From Nitrospira sp. (GTDB lineage: Bacteria; Pseudomonadota; Gammaproteobacteria; Acidiferrobacterales; SPGG2), in contig VRUB01000001.1 in the NCBI GenBank assembly GCA_019456345.1, forward strand, positions 1-60,710: 60,710 nt of DNA, given 5' to 3'. The translations under genes were made by a program, and so were the position numbers. Positions 37,371 through 47,738 of this stretch are shown here, one piece after another (positions within the stretch are counted from its first letter, which is position 1; each line of letters begins with the position of its first letter). The notes under the pieces were generated by a model, which worked only from the letters and a program-made list of their open reading frames with translations, was not told where the DNA came from and searched no databases.

Positions 37371-39296
37371 TTGAGTCTGGGTTCGCTCAGTCGACGACTG
37401 ATACCAGTGCTCGCGCTGGTCGGCAGTACCGAGATCTTGGCGCGAAATGAAAGCACGGACGAGGCCGATCAGGAAGTGGCGCCGATAGTTGTCACTGCAA
37501 CCGTTGGTCCTGGACCGCTTGAAGAGACGGCCGCAAGCGTGACGCTGATTACGCGTGCGCAGATTGAAGCTAGCCAACCAAGAACTGTGACAGAGCTGCT
37601 GCGGCAAGTGCCAGGATTGCATATCGATCAGCCGGGCGCGCGTGGCAGTGTGAGCTCGGCGTATGTACGTGGTGGCGATCCCAACTTTACGTTGGTGCTG
37701 CTGGATGGCCTGGCGTTGAATGATCCGACCAACAACCGCGGCGGTTCTTTTGATTTCTCAACGCTCGACCTAGACAGCATTGAGCGAATTGAGATCGTGC
37801 GTGGGCCTGTGTCAGATGTCTACGGGTCCACTGCGATGAGCGGAGTAATCAACATCATTACCCGGCGCGGCGACAAACCCGTCAAGAGCCTGGAAGGCAC
37901 TGCCGGAAGTTTCGGTTTTGGTCGTGTGCTCGCGAACTTCAGCGACTCGACCGGCGTGACTGATTATGCCCTCAGCGCCTCCGCCACGGATAACGGGGAC
38001 CCAGTGGAAGGAAGCGGTTTTCGCGGTACAGTCTTTAACGCGAACGTTGGCCGAGTGCTTTCGGATCGCATGGAGATGCGTTCCACGCTGCGCTACGCAA
38101 GCAGCGATCTTGAATCTTTTCCCGAGGCTAGCGGCGGCCCACAGTTCGCTGTTAGGCGCGAGACCGAAAAACGTGACGTTGATCAGCTTAGTTTGGGGAT
38201 CGAGTTTTTTCGCCAGCAATCCGCAACCTCGGACTATACGGTACGACTTGGACTCTACGACCAGCGAAGCGATATCGTATCACCTGGCGTCGCGCCGGGC
38301 GTGCGCGATCCGGTGGGCATCCCGCCCACTATCACGGCGAACCAGTATAGTCGTGCAGATCTGAAGTTCCGATACACGATACATAGGCTGGACGCCTTGC
38401 GCCTATCGGTCGGTGCGGACGTCGAATCCGAGATCGGCTCGAGCGTGGGAAGTTTACTCATTGGCGGTGTGACGACACCGACGAGCTTTGATTTGAAGCG
38501 AGACAACTGGGGCGCTAACATTGAGGTCGCATTTATCGTCAAGCGCGGGCTGTTGCTGCGTGGCGGTGTACGAGCGGATTTTCCCGACGGCTTCGATAGC
38601 GAAGTGAGCCCGCGTGTGGCCTTTGCCTATCGTGTGCCAGTCAATGGCGTAACCTTGCGGGCAAGCTGGGGTGAAGGATTCAAGCTGCCGAGCTTCTTTG
38701 CGCTCGGTAACCCTATTGTTGGAAACCCTGGACTGCTGCCGGAAAGCACTCGCAGCGCTGAACTCGGACTGCGGGTGCCGCTGCAAGGCGGGCGTGCCAC
38801 TGTCGATATGGCGCTTTTCTCGAGCAAGTTCGAGAACCTCGTCGACCTGGCTGAGGGACCGCCGCCGCGCCTGGTAAACCGATCGGAGGTCACGGCGCGT
38901 GGGTTCGAGATGGGGCTGGCAGTGAATCCGCGCCCGGACACAACCATCTCGGCACAGCTGGCTTACGTGAAGACGCACATTCGGGGAACCGATGAGCCAT
39001 TGCTCAACCGGCCCGAGTGGCGAGGAGGAATTGGGGTACAGTGGCGACCTCATGCAACGGTCAGTGTGAATTTCGATGTGCTTTACGTTGGCCGCATGTT
39101 TGACTCCTCGATTCCAACTGGCGAAGTCGTGCTTAACCCATATACCCGTGCTAACGTCACAATGACGTGGCGCGCGCGCGGGCGCCAGCGATATTTTCTT
39201 GCCATCGAGAATTTATTTGATGCAGACTACCAGGAGGCCATCGGTTTTCCTGCCCCAGGCATTAGCCTGCGTGTGGGCGTACGAGCAAGCCGCTAA
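37371..39296 (+). CDS. TonB-dependent outer-membrane receptor (BtuB/CirA-like)
   Basis: The ORF is open from 37107. TTG at 37371 gives a plausible signal peptide (SLGSLSRRLIPVLALVGSTEILA). There is a TonB-box-like APIVVTAT, a plug domain (IEIVRGPVSDVYGSTAMSGVINIITR) and a beta-barrel region. The start is uncertain; ATG 37233 is the alternative. Confidence 0.85.
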   Translation: MSLGSLSRRLIPVLALVGSTEILARNESTDEADQEVAPIVVTATVGPGPLEETAASVTLITRAQIEASQPRTVTELLRQVPGLHIDQPGARGSVSSAYVRGGDPNFTLVLLDGLALNDPTNNRGGSFDFSTLDLDSIERIEIVRGPVSDVYGSTAMSGVINIITRRGDKPVKSLEGTAGSFGFGRVLANFSDSTGVTDYALSASATDNGDPVEGSGFRGTVFNANVGRVLSDRMEMRSTLRYASSDLESFPEASGGPQFAVRRETEKRDVDQLSLGIEFFRQQSATSDYTVRLGLYDQRSDIVSPGVAPGVRDPVGIPPTITANQYSRADLKFRYTIHRLDALRLSVGADVESEIGSSVGSLLIGGVTTPTSFDLKRDNWGANIEVAFIVKRGLLLRGGVRADFPDGFDSEVSPRVAFAYRVPVNGVTLRASWGEGFKLPSFFALGNPIVGNPGLLPESTRSAELGLRVPLQGGRATVDMALFSSKFENLVDLAEGPPPRLVNRSEVTARGFEMGLAVNPRPDTTISAQLAYVKTHIRGTDEPLLNRPEWRGGIGVQWRPHATVSVNFDVLYVGRMFDSSIPTGEVVLNPYTRANVTMTWRARGRQRYFLAIENLFDADYQEAIGFPAPGISLRVGVRASR

Positions 39297-39323
39297 GCGG
39301 CGCGCTCGGCAGCAATCGGGCGT

Positions 39324-40514
39324 TTGTGGCATACTAAGTTAAACATCGTGGAGACCGAAAAAACCGTGGAAATATCGCGCAACCCGACCCGCCCGGTCCG
39401 AATCGGTTCGGTCACCATCGGCAACGGCAACCCGATCGCGGTGCAGAGCATGTGTGCGACGCGTACTCAGAATGTCGATGCGACGGTGGCGCAAATAAAC
39501 GAGCTGGTCGCGGTGGGCGCCGACATAATTCGCATTGCCGTGGATAACCGCAAGGACGTGGCGGCGCTTAGCCATATACGCGCGCAGGTCCCGGCTAATC
39601 TGACGGTCGATCTCCAGGAGAGCTATCGATTAGCGGGCGATGCCGCGCCACACGTCAACAAGATCCGCTATAACCCCGGACACCTGTACCACCACGAACG
39701 CAAGAAACCCTGGCAGGACAAGGTCAGATTCCTGGTCGATGCCGCAGGTGAACATGATTGCGCGCTGCGTGTCGGCGTCAACTGTGGCTCTGTCGATCCA
39801 GAAAAGGCACAACAGTACGCCGCCGACGATTCGATCTCGCCTATGCTGGAAAGCGCGCTGGAGCACTGCGAGTTGCTCGACAAGCTCGGTTTCACGCGCT
39901 TCTGTGTCTCGTTGAAGGACTCGGATCCGGCAAAGGTAATCGAAGCGAACAGGCGTTTTGCCGAGGCGCGCCCCGACATACCGTTGCATCTGGGGGTTAC
40001 CGAGGCGGGCCTACCACCGGATGGGACCATCAAGACGCGCATTGCGTTTGAGCAGCTTATCAGTCGTGGTATCGGCGATACTATCCGCGTCTCGCTGACC
40101 GTACCCAACCATCGGAAAGGTGAGGAGATCAAGGCCGGTCGCGAGATCCTGGTAGATATCGCCGCGGGGCGTGTTCGTAGCGTGGTGGATTACGGCAAGG
40201 ACACGTTGAACATAATTAGTTGTCCAAGTTGTTCGCGGGTCGAAAACGAGGCCTTCATTGATCTCGCCCAGCAAGTAAAGGAAATGACGCAATATGCGAA
40301 CCAGTATGCGCTCACTATCGCGGTCATGGGCTGTCGCGTGAACGGCCCGGGGGAGACCGACGATGCTGACTTGGGTCTGTGGTGTGGTCCAAAACTCGTG
40401 AATCTCAAACGCGGAAGCGAGCCCTTGGGTGCCTACCCGTACGATAAGATCCTTCCCCGTCTGAAGCAGGAGCTCGATGCCCTGATCGCGAAAAAGACCG
40501 CACACAGTGCTTGA
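39324..40514 (+). CDS. ispG: 4-hydroxy-3-methylbut-2-en-1-yl diphosphate synthase
   Basis: [15 protein letters not shown] and GCRVNGPGE [4Fe-4S] cysteine motifs. The TTG start at 39324 is uncertain. Confidence 0.9.
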   Translation: MWHTKLNIVETEKTVEISRNPTRPVRIGSVTIGNGNPIAVQSMCATRTQNVDATVAQINELVAVGADIIRIAVDNRKDVAALSHIRAQVPANLTVDLQESYRLAGDAAPHVNKIRYNPGHLYHHERKKPWQDKVRFLVDAAGEHDCALRVGVNCGSVDPEKAQQYAADDSISPMLESALEHCELLDKLGFTRFCVSLKDSDPAKVIEANRRFAEARPDIPLHLGVTEAGLPPDGTIKTRIAFEQLISRGIGDTIRVSLTVPNHRKGEEIKAGREILVDIAAGRVRSVVDYGKDTLNIISCPSCSRVENEAFIDLAQQVKEMTQYANQYALTIAVMGCRVNGPGETDDADLGLWCGPKLVNLKRGSEPLGAYPYDKILPRLKQELDALIAKKTAHSA

Positions 40515-40726
40515 TCTTCCTTTCTCATCCCGCCATGCCGAAACGGCGTTTTGAGGGGAAGGCGAAACGCGGGCTAGATTGTGCCGCTGCGCCCCACTAT
40601 TCAGACCTTGTCGAATAACGCGCAACCACTGTTGTCCGGTCAAACTATCGGGAGCGGTGAAATGCGCAGGGACTTGCCGGGCTCAAGGACGGTAAGAGTC
40701 TGCTTGTGTTTTGAAGGGAGATTTTT

Positions 40727-41401
40727 TTGGGAAAGTTTAGGTTCGTTACGGATGACACTCCGCCCGCATCGCTAAGAAAGCGCGTCGCGCTGGAACTGGC
40801 AACGCTGGTTCTTCTGACTCCGGTTTTCTTGTACTTCGCCCCTCGCGGCATGGGCCTGTATAGTGGTGTCGCCTTGCTTTTCCTGGCCTATGTTGCCCTC
40901 ACAGCGAAGTACACCCGGGATCGAATCTGGGGTCCGCCGGCAGCACCGCGAGCCGACCGGCTACGGTCGTCAATGCTCACACTCTCTGCTCTGACGATTC
41001 CTGCCGTTGCTGTGTTCTTCGCCTGGGGGATGTGGGAGGGCAACCAGGTCGCGCTGGGAAATCTGGCGTTGGCTATGGGCCTGTACCTGCCGTGGGCGCT
41101 GTTGCAGCAGACGATCTTTCAATTCTATTTTCTGGGCCGACTGCGGGTGTTGCTGCCGTTGTCGCCCGTTGTTTTGGCCGCGGTGAACGGGGTCGCATTC
41201 GGGCTGGTGCATCTGCCTTACGTGCCGTTGATGCTGCTCGCGATGGTAGCCGGCGTTTTCTGGAGCTACTCCTATCTGCGTGACCGGGTTGTGTTGCCGA
41301 TCGCGATATCGCACGCCTTATTAGGTACGACGTTCTACTATGCCGTCGTTGGACGTGATTTGCTCGGCGACTGGTTGGCTATCATGAACGCCGCCGTGTA
41401 A
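40727..41401 (+). CDS. CPBP-family (CAAX protease/Abi-like) intramembrane protein with degenerate motif 1
   Basis: Polytopic. ALLQQTIFQFYFLGRL occupies the place of the EExxxR motif. FGLVHL (motif 2) and SHALLG (motif 3 His) are present. TTG start. Confidence 0.7.
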   Translation: MGKFRFVTDDTPPASLRKRVALELATLVLLTPVFLYFAPRGMGLYSGVALLFLAYVALTAKYTRDRIWGPPAAPRADRLRSSMLTLSALTIPAVAVFFAWGMWEGNQVALGNLALAMGLYLPWALLQQTIFQFYFLGRLRVLLPLSPVVLAAVNGVAFGLVHLPYVPLMLLAMVAGVFWSYSYLRDRVVLPIAISHALLGTTFYYAVVGRDLLGDWLAIMNAAV

Positions 41402-41428
41402 AGCAGGCGGCATGCGCGGGCCTGCGTC

Positions 41429-43333
41429 TTAGGCGGTTTCGGCGGCAATCGCCTTGGGTACGATCTCGGGGCGGAAGCGCTGTTGAATAGACCGCAGTAT
41501 GCCAGCAGCGTCGAGCCCGGCCTCCGCCAGCATCTCTTCTCGCGATCCGGTCTCGATCAGGCTGTCGGGCAACCCCAGATTCAATACCGGCACCAGCTTC
41601 GAGTGTGCAGCCAGGCATTCATTCACGGCACCGCCGGCACCGCCGGAGATCACGTTGTCCTCAATCGTGACAAGCCCGGCATGCGTGTCCGCGAGCTGGA
41701 GGACCAGCTTCTCATCCAGCGGTTTGACGAAACGCATGTTGACGACGGTTGCGTTGAGTTCCTTGGCTGCCTCCAGGGCCGGCGCCAGCATCGCGCCGAA
41801 CGCCAGCACTGCGATCTCTTTGCCCTTGCGGCGCAGTTCGGCCTTGCCGATCGGCAAGGCCTTCATGGCTTTCTTGACGGCGACGCCAGGGCCTTTGCCA
41901 CGCGGATAACGTACCGCTGCCGGCTGACTGAGCTGGAAGCCGGTGTAGAGCATCTGCCGGCACTCGTTCTCATCGGCCGGAGCCATGATCACCATCTTGG
42001 GCAGGCAACGCAGATAGCTCAGATCATAACTGCCATTGTGGGTCGCGCCATCGGGTCCAACGACGCCGGCGCGATCGATGGCAAACAACACTGGCAAATC
42101 CTGCACCATCACGTCGTGGATCAGCTGATCGTAGGCGCGCTGTAGAAAGGTAGAGTAGATCGCCACCACCGGTTTCAGGCCGTCCGCTGCCAGGCCGGCG
42201 GCAAACGTGACGCTGTGCTGCTCCGCGATGCCGACATCGAAATAGCGGTCGGGAAACTGCTTCTGGAACTGCACTAGACCCGATCCTTCGCACATCGCCG
42301 GTGTGATTCCGATCAAGCGCTCATCGCGTCTGGCCATGTCGCACAGCCATTCGCCAAACACCTGCGTGTAGGTCGGCCCTCCCTTGGATTTCGAGGGCAC
42401 GATACCGACATTGGGATCAAACGGGGAGACACCGTGGTATTTCACCGGATCCGCCTCGGCGAGCGCATAGCCTTTGCCCTTGCGCGTGACCACATGCAAC
42501 AGCCGCGGTCCTTTCAACGAACGCAGGTTCTTGAGCGTTTTCACCAGGGTCGGCAGATCGTGGCCATCGATCGGTCCGAAGTAGTCGAAGCCGAGCTCTT
42601 CGAAAAACGTCCCGGGAACGACCATGCCCTTCATATGCAACGAGGTACGGTGCGCAAGCTCCCATACGGGGGGGATGTGGCGCAGCACCTTGTCGCCGCT
42701 CTCACGTATGGTCCGGTAAAACTTGCCGGAGAGCACGCGCGCCAGATACTTGGACAGCGCAGCCACATTGGGGGAGATAGACATGTCGTTGTGGTTCAGC
42801 ACCACGAGCACATCTGACTTGAGGTCGCCCGCATGATCGAGCGCCTCGTAGGCCAAGCCTGCCGTCATGCCGCCATCACCGATGATGGCGACTGCCTTGC
42901 GGTCACTGCCCTCGCACGCTGCCGCCACGGCCATGCCCAAGGCTGCGCTGATGGAAGTGCTGGAGTGGCCGGCCCCGAATGCGTCATACGGGCTCTCGTT
43001 GCGCCGTAGGAACGGCGCCAGGCCGTCCTTCTGGCGAATGGTGCTCATGCGATCGCGGCGTCCGGTCAGGATTTTGTGCGGATAGGCCTGGTGGCCCACA
43101 TCCCACACCAGACGGTCGTCCGGCGTGTTGAAGACATAGTGCAGCGCGATCGTAAGCTCGATCGTACCGAGCCCGGCGCCGAGGTGTCCGCCGCATTGCG
43201 CTATCGAATGAATCAGATAATCACGCACCTCCTTTGCGAGCGGCTCGAGCTTGGATTCCGGCAACCGGCGCAGGTCCTGCGGCAGGTCGATGGATTCGAG
43301 GATTGGGTAGGCGGATTGACTGCTCATGTCCAT
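41429..43333 (-). CDS. dxs: 1-deoxy-D-xylulose-5-phosphate synthase
   Basis: 634 aa with GGHLGAGLG, a TPP motif ([20 protein letters not shown]...LNHNDMSI), and pyrimidine-binding and C-terminal domains. Confidence 0.95.
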   Translation of the reverse strand: MDMSSQSAYPILESIDLPQDLRRLPESKLEPLAKEVRDYLIHSIAQCGGHLGAGLGTIELTIALHYVFNTPDDRLVWDVGHQAYPHKILTGRRDRMSTIRQKDGLAPFLRRNESPYDAFGAGHSSTSISAALGMAVAAACEGSDRKAVAIIGDGGMTAGLAYEALDHAGDLKSDVLVVLNHNDMSISPNVAALSKYLARVLSGKFYRTIRESGDKVLRHIPPVWELAHRTSLHMKGMVVPGTFFEELGFDYFGPIDGHDLPTLVKTLKNLRSLKGPRLLHVVTRKGKGYALAEADPVKYHGVSPFDPNVGIVPSKSKGGPTYTQVFGEWLCDMARRDERLIGITPAMCEGSGLVQFQKQFPDRYFDVGIAEQHSVTFAAGLAADGLKPVVAIYSTFLQRAYDQLIHDVMVQDLPVLFAIDRAGVVGPDGATHNGSYDLSYLRCLPKMVIMAPADENECRQMLYTGFQLSQPAAVRYPRGKGPGVAVKKAMKALPIGKAELRRKGKEIAVLAFGAMLAPALEAAKELNATVVNMRFVKPLDEKLVLQLADTHAGLVTIEDNVISGGAGGAVNECLAAHSKLVPVLNLGLPDSLIETGSREEMLAEAGLDAAGILRSIQQRFRPEIVPKAIAAETA

Positions 43334-44212
43334 GACGTCAGAAGGATGAAAGGGTTGTACGCGAGTGGTGCGTGGTTAAGGCCCGCGACACCAATGCACC
43401 GCGCGCCTTGTTTGTCTGCAGAACGGCTAACGTGCGAGAGCAGTTCCCGAAATCTGTCTGACGGTCGTTGGCCGGCCGGTGTGCAGTGATCCTCACCGCT
43501 TCCTCCTAGTTCTGGTCCTGTTTCCGGTTTGAATAATCTTCTATGTTCCAAATTAGAAGTATTACAGATCTTGCCGGGTAGTGCCACGACGCGCGCGGGT
43601 TGTCTCACCCGGGCGATGCCGGTCTCGCATTTCCACTGATGCGGTCGTCCCAGATCTGCCGCCGCGAGCGGCGCCCGCCCGGCTCGCGGCGCAAACATTG
43701 TCGTCATAATCTATAGGACCGCCAAATGCCCCGCTCTATTTTCACCCGGGCGCCCGGGCGCTATCCTCGGGCAGTCAACCGATCTCACACGCGGTCGAAC
43801 AAGGTCTGTGGCGCCGTACGCTCACGTGTAGCAGGGAATCTATTTTCCATATAAAATGTATGTGTTTTGCCTACCTGCTGCAAGTTGCCACAAGAGTTGA
43901 AATCGTGGAACGCACGCGTATTAGGCATGTCATTCATACTAATGTGTGCGGTGGTCGCATCAGCGCACAACCGTGCGACCCACGGGCCGACGGCGCGGGG
44001 CGGCTGCGCCGCGCGAGCAAGATGGCTTGTCGGCGTTAGCACCTAACCGGGTAGCTTGCTTCCCGGGCACTGGACATTTCGTCGACCTGTGTGTACGTTC
44101 GATGTGCACGGACGCACGAGTGCGGCGATCTCGCGATGTGACACTTGCTGTTCTTGCTGAATTCGTGGAAACCGCTTCAACCCGACCACAAAAAGGAATC
44201 TGCCATACATCC

Positions 44213-45337
44213 ATGGGTGTACCACTAATTCAACAGTACCGGGTGGGTCGCTATATTCTCGCTCAGAAGTTGCGCGGAGTGCACCGCTACCCGCTCGTGC
44301 TCATGCTGGAACCGCTGTTTCAGTGCAACCTGGCCTGCGCCGGATGCGGGAAGATCGATTACCCTGAGCCGATTCTGCGAAAGCGCTTGAGCGTGGAGGA
44401 GTGCCTGGCGGCAGTCGATGAGTGCGGCGCGCCGATCGTGTCCATACCCGGCGGTGAGCCGCTCATCCACAAAGGCATCACGCAAATCGTCGAGGGTATC
44501 ATCGCCCGCAAGAAGTTCGTGTACCTGTGTACCAATGCCTTACTGCTGAAGCAGCGTATCGACGAATTTACACCCTCGCCGTACCTGACGTTCTCGATCC
44601 ATCTCGATGGCAACCGCGACCGCCACGATGCATCGGTATGCCGCGACGGAGTGTTCGACAAGGTGATCGAGGTCGTGACGCTGGCGCTCGACAAGGGCTT
44701 TCGCGTGACATTGAATTGTACGTTGTTCCAGGGCGAGTCGGCAGACGAGATTGCGGAGTTTCTGGATTATGCGCGCGACCTCGGCGTCGAAGGCGTGACC
44801 ATCTCCCCGGGCTACAGTTATGAGCACGCGCCGCAGCAGGACGTATTTCTGCAGCGTGCCGGCAGCAAGCAGCTCTTCCGTGACATATTCGAGCGGGGCA
44901 AGGGTCGCCGATGGCGGTTTAATCAGTCAGCGCTGTTTCTGGATTTCCTTGCCGGAAACCAGACCTACGAATGCACCCCGTGGGGTAACCCGACGCGCAA
45001 TATCTTTGGCTGGCAAAAGCCGTGTTATCTCCTGGTCGATGAGGGTTATGCGTCGAGCTTCAAGGAACTCATCGAAAACACAGACTGGGAGCGCTACGGC
45101 ACCGGGCGCCATCCCAAATGCGCCAACTGTATGGTGCACTGTGGCTATGAGCCCACGGCCGTGAACGACACCTTTGCCCATCCACTGAAGGCACTGAAGG
45201 TGTTTCTCCGTGGACCGCGCACCGAGGGACCGATGGCACCGGAGCTGCCAGTCACCTACCCGGATCCCCCACCGGGTGCGGCGGCGAGGCCTGCTGGCGA
45301 AGAGACCGAGCAAGTGGGCGCGGAACGCGCCGCTTAG
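44213..45337 (+). CDS. hpnH: adenosyl-hopene transferase (radical SAM)
   Basis: Trimmed to the ATG at 44213 (MGVPLIQQYRVGRYIL). It has a CNLACAGC radical-SAM cluster motif and lies next to shc, hpnG and hpnA. Confidence 0.88.
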   Translation: MGVPLIQQYRVGRYILAQKLRGVHRYPLVLMLEPLFQCNLACAGCGKIDYPEPILRKRLSVEECLAAVDECGAPIVSIPGGEPLIHKGITQIVEGIIARKKFVYLCTNALLLKQRIDEFTPSPYLTFSIHLDGNRDRHDASVCRDGVFDKVIEVVTLALDKGFRVTLNCTLFQGESADEIAEFLDYARDLGVEGVTISPGYSYEHAPQQDVFLQRAGSKQLFRDIFERGKGRRWRFNQSALFLDFLAGNQTYECTPWGNPTRNIFGWQKPCYLLVDEGYASSFKELIENTDWERYGTGRHPKCANCMVHCGYEPTAVNDTFAHPLKALKVFLRGPRTEGPMAPELPVTYPDPPPGAAARPAGEETEQVGAERAA

Positions 45338-46477
45338 ATGGCTTGGCTATTCCTGGCCCTCCCCGGGGCCGTTCTCTGGGTCTGTGTTCTTGTGTTGCCG
45401 TGGGGTCCGTGGCGCATTCGCGAGGTCCTCGAGGCCGACGCCAATGCCACGAATGCTGATCTCGGTGACATCACCGTACTTATCCCCGCGCGCGACGAGG
45501 CCGCGTCGATCGGCCAAGCGCTGGCCGCGCTCAAGGCACAAGGCCGTAATCTCCAGGTCTTCGTGGTGGACGACCAATCGAGCGATGGCACGGGGGAAGT
45601 GGCGCGCTCGTTCGCGCATGACGGGGTGGAGGTAATCTGCGGACGGTCGTTGCCCCCCGGCTGGAGCGGCAAGCTCTGGGCGCTGGAGCAGGGGCGGGTG
45701 CACGCGCGCCGCCCGTTCACCCTGCTGATCGACGCCGACATCGCCTTGCAGCCGGGTATCCTTGTGCGGTTGCGAGACAAGATGGAGCATGACGGCTTGG
45801 GGCTCGCGTCCTTGATGGCGGCGCTGCGCATGAAAACGACGTGGGAGAAACTGCTGTTGCCCGCGTTCGTGTACTTCTTCAAGCTGTTATATCCATTTGC
45901 ATTGTCAAATGACCCGCGCCGCCGCCGGATTGCAGCGGCTGCCGGCGGCTGCGTGCTGTTGCGCACGCAAGTCCTCGACGAGCTCGGCGGCTTTGGCGCG
46001 CTGCGAGATGCGCTTATCGATGATTGTGCACTGGCACGACAGGTCAAAGCGCGCGGTTACAAGATCTGGGTGGGCCTGAGCCACGGTGTGCACAGCATTC
46101 GCGCCTACGATAGCCTGTCGGCGATCTGGGATATGGTGGCGCGCTCGGCCTTCACGCAACTGCGCTATTCGATCAGCTTGCTGCTGGGTTGCACGACACT
46201 CTTCGCCGCCGCATTTTGGCTGCCGCTGGGTGGTCTGCTGGCGCCTAGCCTTTCGGCACGGACATTATCGGCAGTAGCGCTGGGGGCAATGATGGCGAGC
46301 TATCTGCCGACCCTGAAGTTCTACCGGCGATCGCCGCTGTGGGCGCTCGTGTTGCCAGTTACCGCCACGCTGTATCTCGCCATGACGTGGACCTCGGCGT
46401 TGCGCTACTGGGGCGGGCGCCGGTCGCAGTGGAGGGGCCGGATCTATCGCAACGATCTGGACTCGAGCACCGGCTAG
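45338..46477 (+). CDS. family-2 glycosyltransferase, hopanoid-associated (HpnB-like by context)
   Basis: An N-terminal TM segment, then GT2 motifs (VLIPARDE, VVDDQSSDGT, LLIDADI, GGCVLLR) and C-terminal TM segments. It starts 1 nt after the hpnH stop. Confidence 0.78.
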   Translation: MAWLFLALPGAVLWVCVLVLPWGPWRIREVLEADANATNADLGDITVLIPARDEAASIGQALAALKAQGRNLQVFVVDDQSSDGTGEVARSFAHDGVEVICGRSLPPGWSGKLWALEQGRVHARRPFTLLIDADIALQPGILVRLRDKMEHDGLGLASLMAALRMKTTWEKLLLPAFVYFFKLLYPFALSNDPRRRRIAAAAGGCVLLRTQVLDELGGFGALRDALIDDCALARQVKARGYKIWVGLSHGVHSIRAYDSLSAIWDMVARSAFTQLRYSISLLLGCTTLFAAAFWLPLGGLLAPSLSARTLSAVALGAMMASYLPTLKFYRRSPLWALVLPVTATLYLAMTWTSALRYWGGRRSQWRGRIYRNDLDSSTG

Positions 46478-46700
46478 CGGGGCCGGCGCCTGCGGTTTGT
46501 CGGGCGACGAATGTCTTTTGTCGGGTAGGGATCATTGCGGCGGCACTTTTGCGGGCGTGTAAGGATTGGAATTACTGACGGGTCTGTATGTTATACAGTA
46601 GAATAGATAGAAGTTTCTGAAAATCTAATAACTTAACGCCGGCTGTGACGACCGGGCGGAGTTCCGGCTGGCGGTCTTTAAATAAGAGGAGTTAAAAAAC

Positions 46701-47738
46701 GTGTTACCGGTATTTAAACGTTTGGTGAGCTTTTTTTTAGCCGCATTGTTGGTGGCTTGGGGCGGCAGCTTGTCGCTTGCCCAGGCGACCGACACTGCGC
46801 AGGTCGCGTCGCTGGGGCCGTCTCAGCTCCACCTGGGGTTCGACTACGAGAAGTCTGTCATTCAACCGAATTCCTATATAGACCGGGAGCGCGAGACCAA
46901 GAACTACGTCGTACAGTCCCTGTCTTTTCCCTCCATCGGTGACAACGGTCAGCGAGGTAATCTCGTCACGGCGCTATACTACCAAAGTCAGCGTCCCGGC
47001 AAGAAAAAGCTCGTCGTCGTCTTACCGATATGGGGCACGCATACCTACCCCTCGCGCAAGATCACCGAGAGCCTGATGGATTATAGCGATGGGGAGATGA
47101 ACATCTTGCGCATACTGGGCAAGGACTATCTCTTCGACTGGGATACCATGAGCGCGATATCGAGCGAGCAGGAGCTTATCGCCGTGTCCCGGCAAATGGT
47201 CGAGCGCGTGCGCACGCACGTTAAGGACGTCCGCCGCGTCATCGATTGGGCCGAGGCCCAACCGGGTGTGGATCCGGACCGCATCGGTCTCATCGGGTTC
47301 AGCCTGGCTGCGACCATCGCCAGCCTCGTAGTGGAGAACGAGCCGCGTATCGGGGCGAGTGCGCTGGCCATGGGCGGCGCCAATATCAACGAGATGTTCG
47401 CGTCGTGCTTTGGCCGGGCGAAGGAGACGCGCGAGGCCATTACCGAGCGCCTGGGTTGGAGCCGCGAGACCTTCGAGCGCAAGCTTGCGCAACCGCTGGC
47501 ACCGATCAATCCGGCGAGTTTTGCCGGTCAGGCCAACCCGGACCGGATCCTCATGTTTGATGCGAGGTACGATACCTGCATGCCCAGGACCAGCCGGGAA
47601 GCGCTGTGGCAGGCGCTGGGTCAGCCGCAACGCATCACCTGGCCCCACAACCACAAGATGGCCTTTCTCACCATGACGTTTCTGGGCGGGAACACGATGC
47701 AGCGCAAGATCTATCAGTTTCTGGACGAGACGCTCTAA
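46701..47738 (+). CDS. secreted alpha/beta-hydrolase-fold protein embedded in the hopanoid cluster
   Basis: GTG start with aggag upstream. Signal peptide (FFLAALLVAWGGSLSLAQA). Elbow-like IGLIGFSLAATIA (G-x-S-x-A). It overlaps the next gene as TAATG. Confidence 0.7.
   Translation: MLPVFKRLVSFFLAALLVAWGGSLSLAQATDTAQVASLGPSQLHLGFDYEKSVIQPNSYIDRERETKNYVVQSLSFPSIGDNGQRGNLVTALYYQSQRPGKKKLVVVLPIWGTHTYPSRKITESLMDYSDGEMNILRILGKDYLFDWDTMSAISSEQELIAVSRQMVERVRTHVKDVRRVIDWAEAQPGVDPDRIGLIGFSLAATIASLVVENEPRIGASALAMGGANINEMFASCFGRAKETREAITERLGWSRETFERKLAQPLAPINPASFAGQANPDRILMFDARYDTCMPRTSREALWQALGQPQRITWPHNHKMAFLTMTFLGGNTMQRKIYQFLDETL

Noticed and set aside
43324-44042. ORFs 43324..43707 (-) and 43785..44042 (-) in the dxs-hpnH spacer as real genes
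   Set aside because: They have atypical amino-acid composition, no SD and no motifs, and one overlaps the dxs start. They are kept only as a caveat in the spacer finding.
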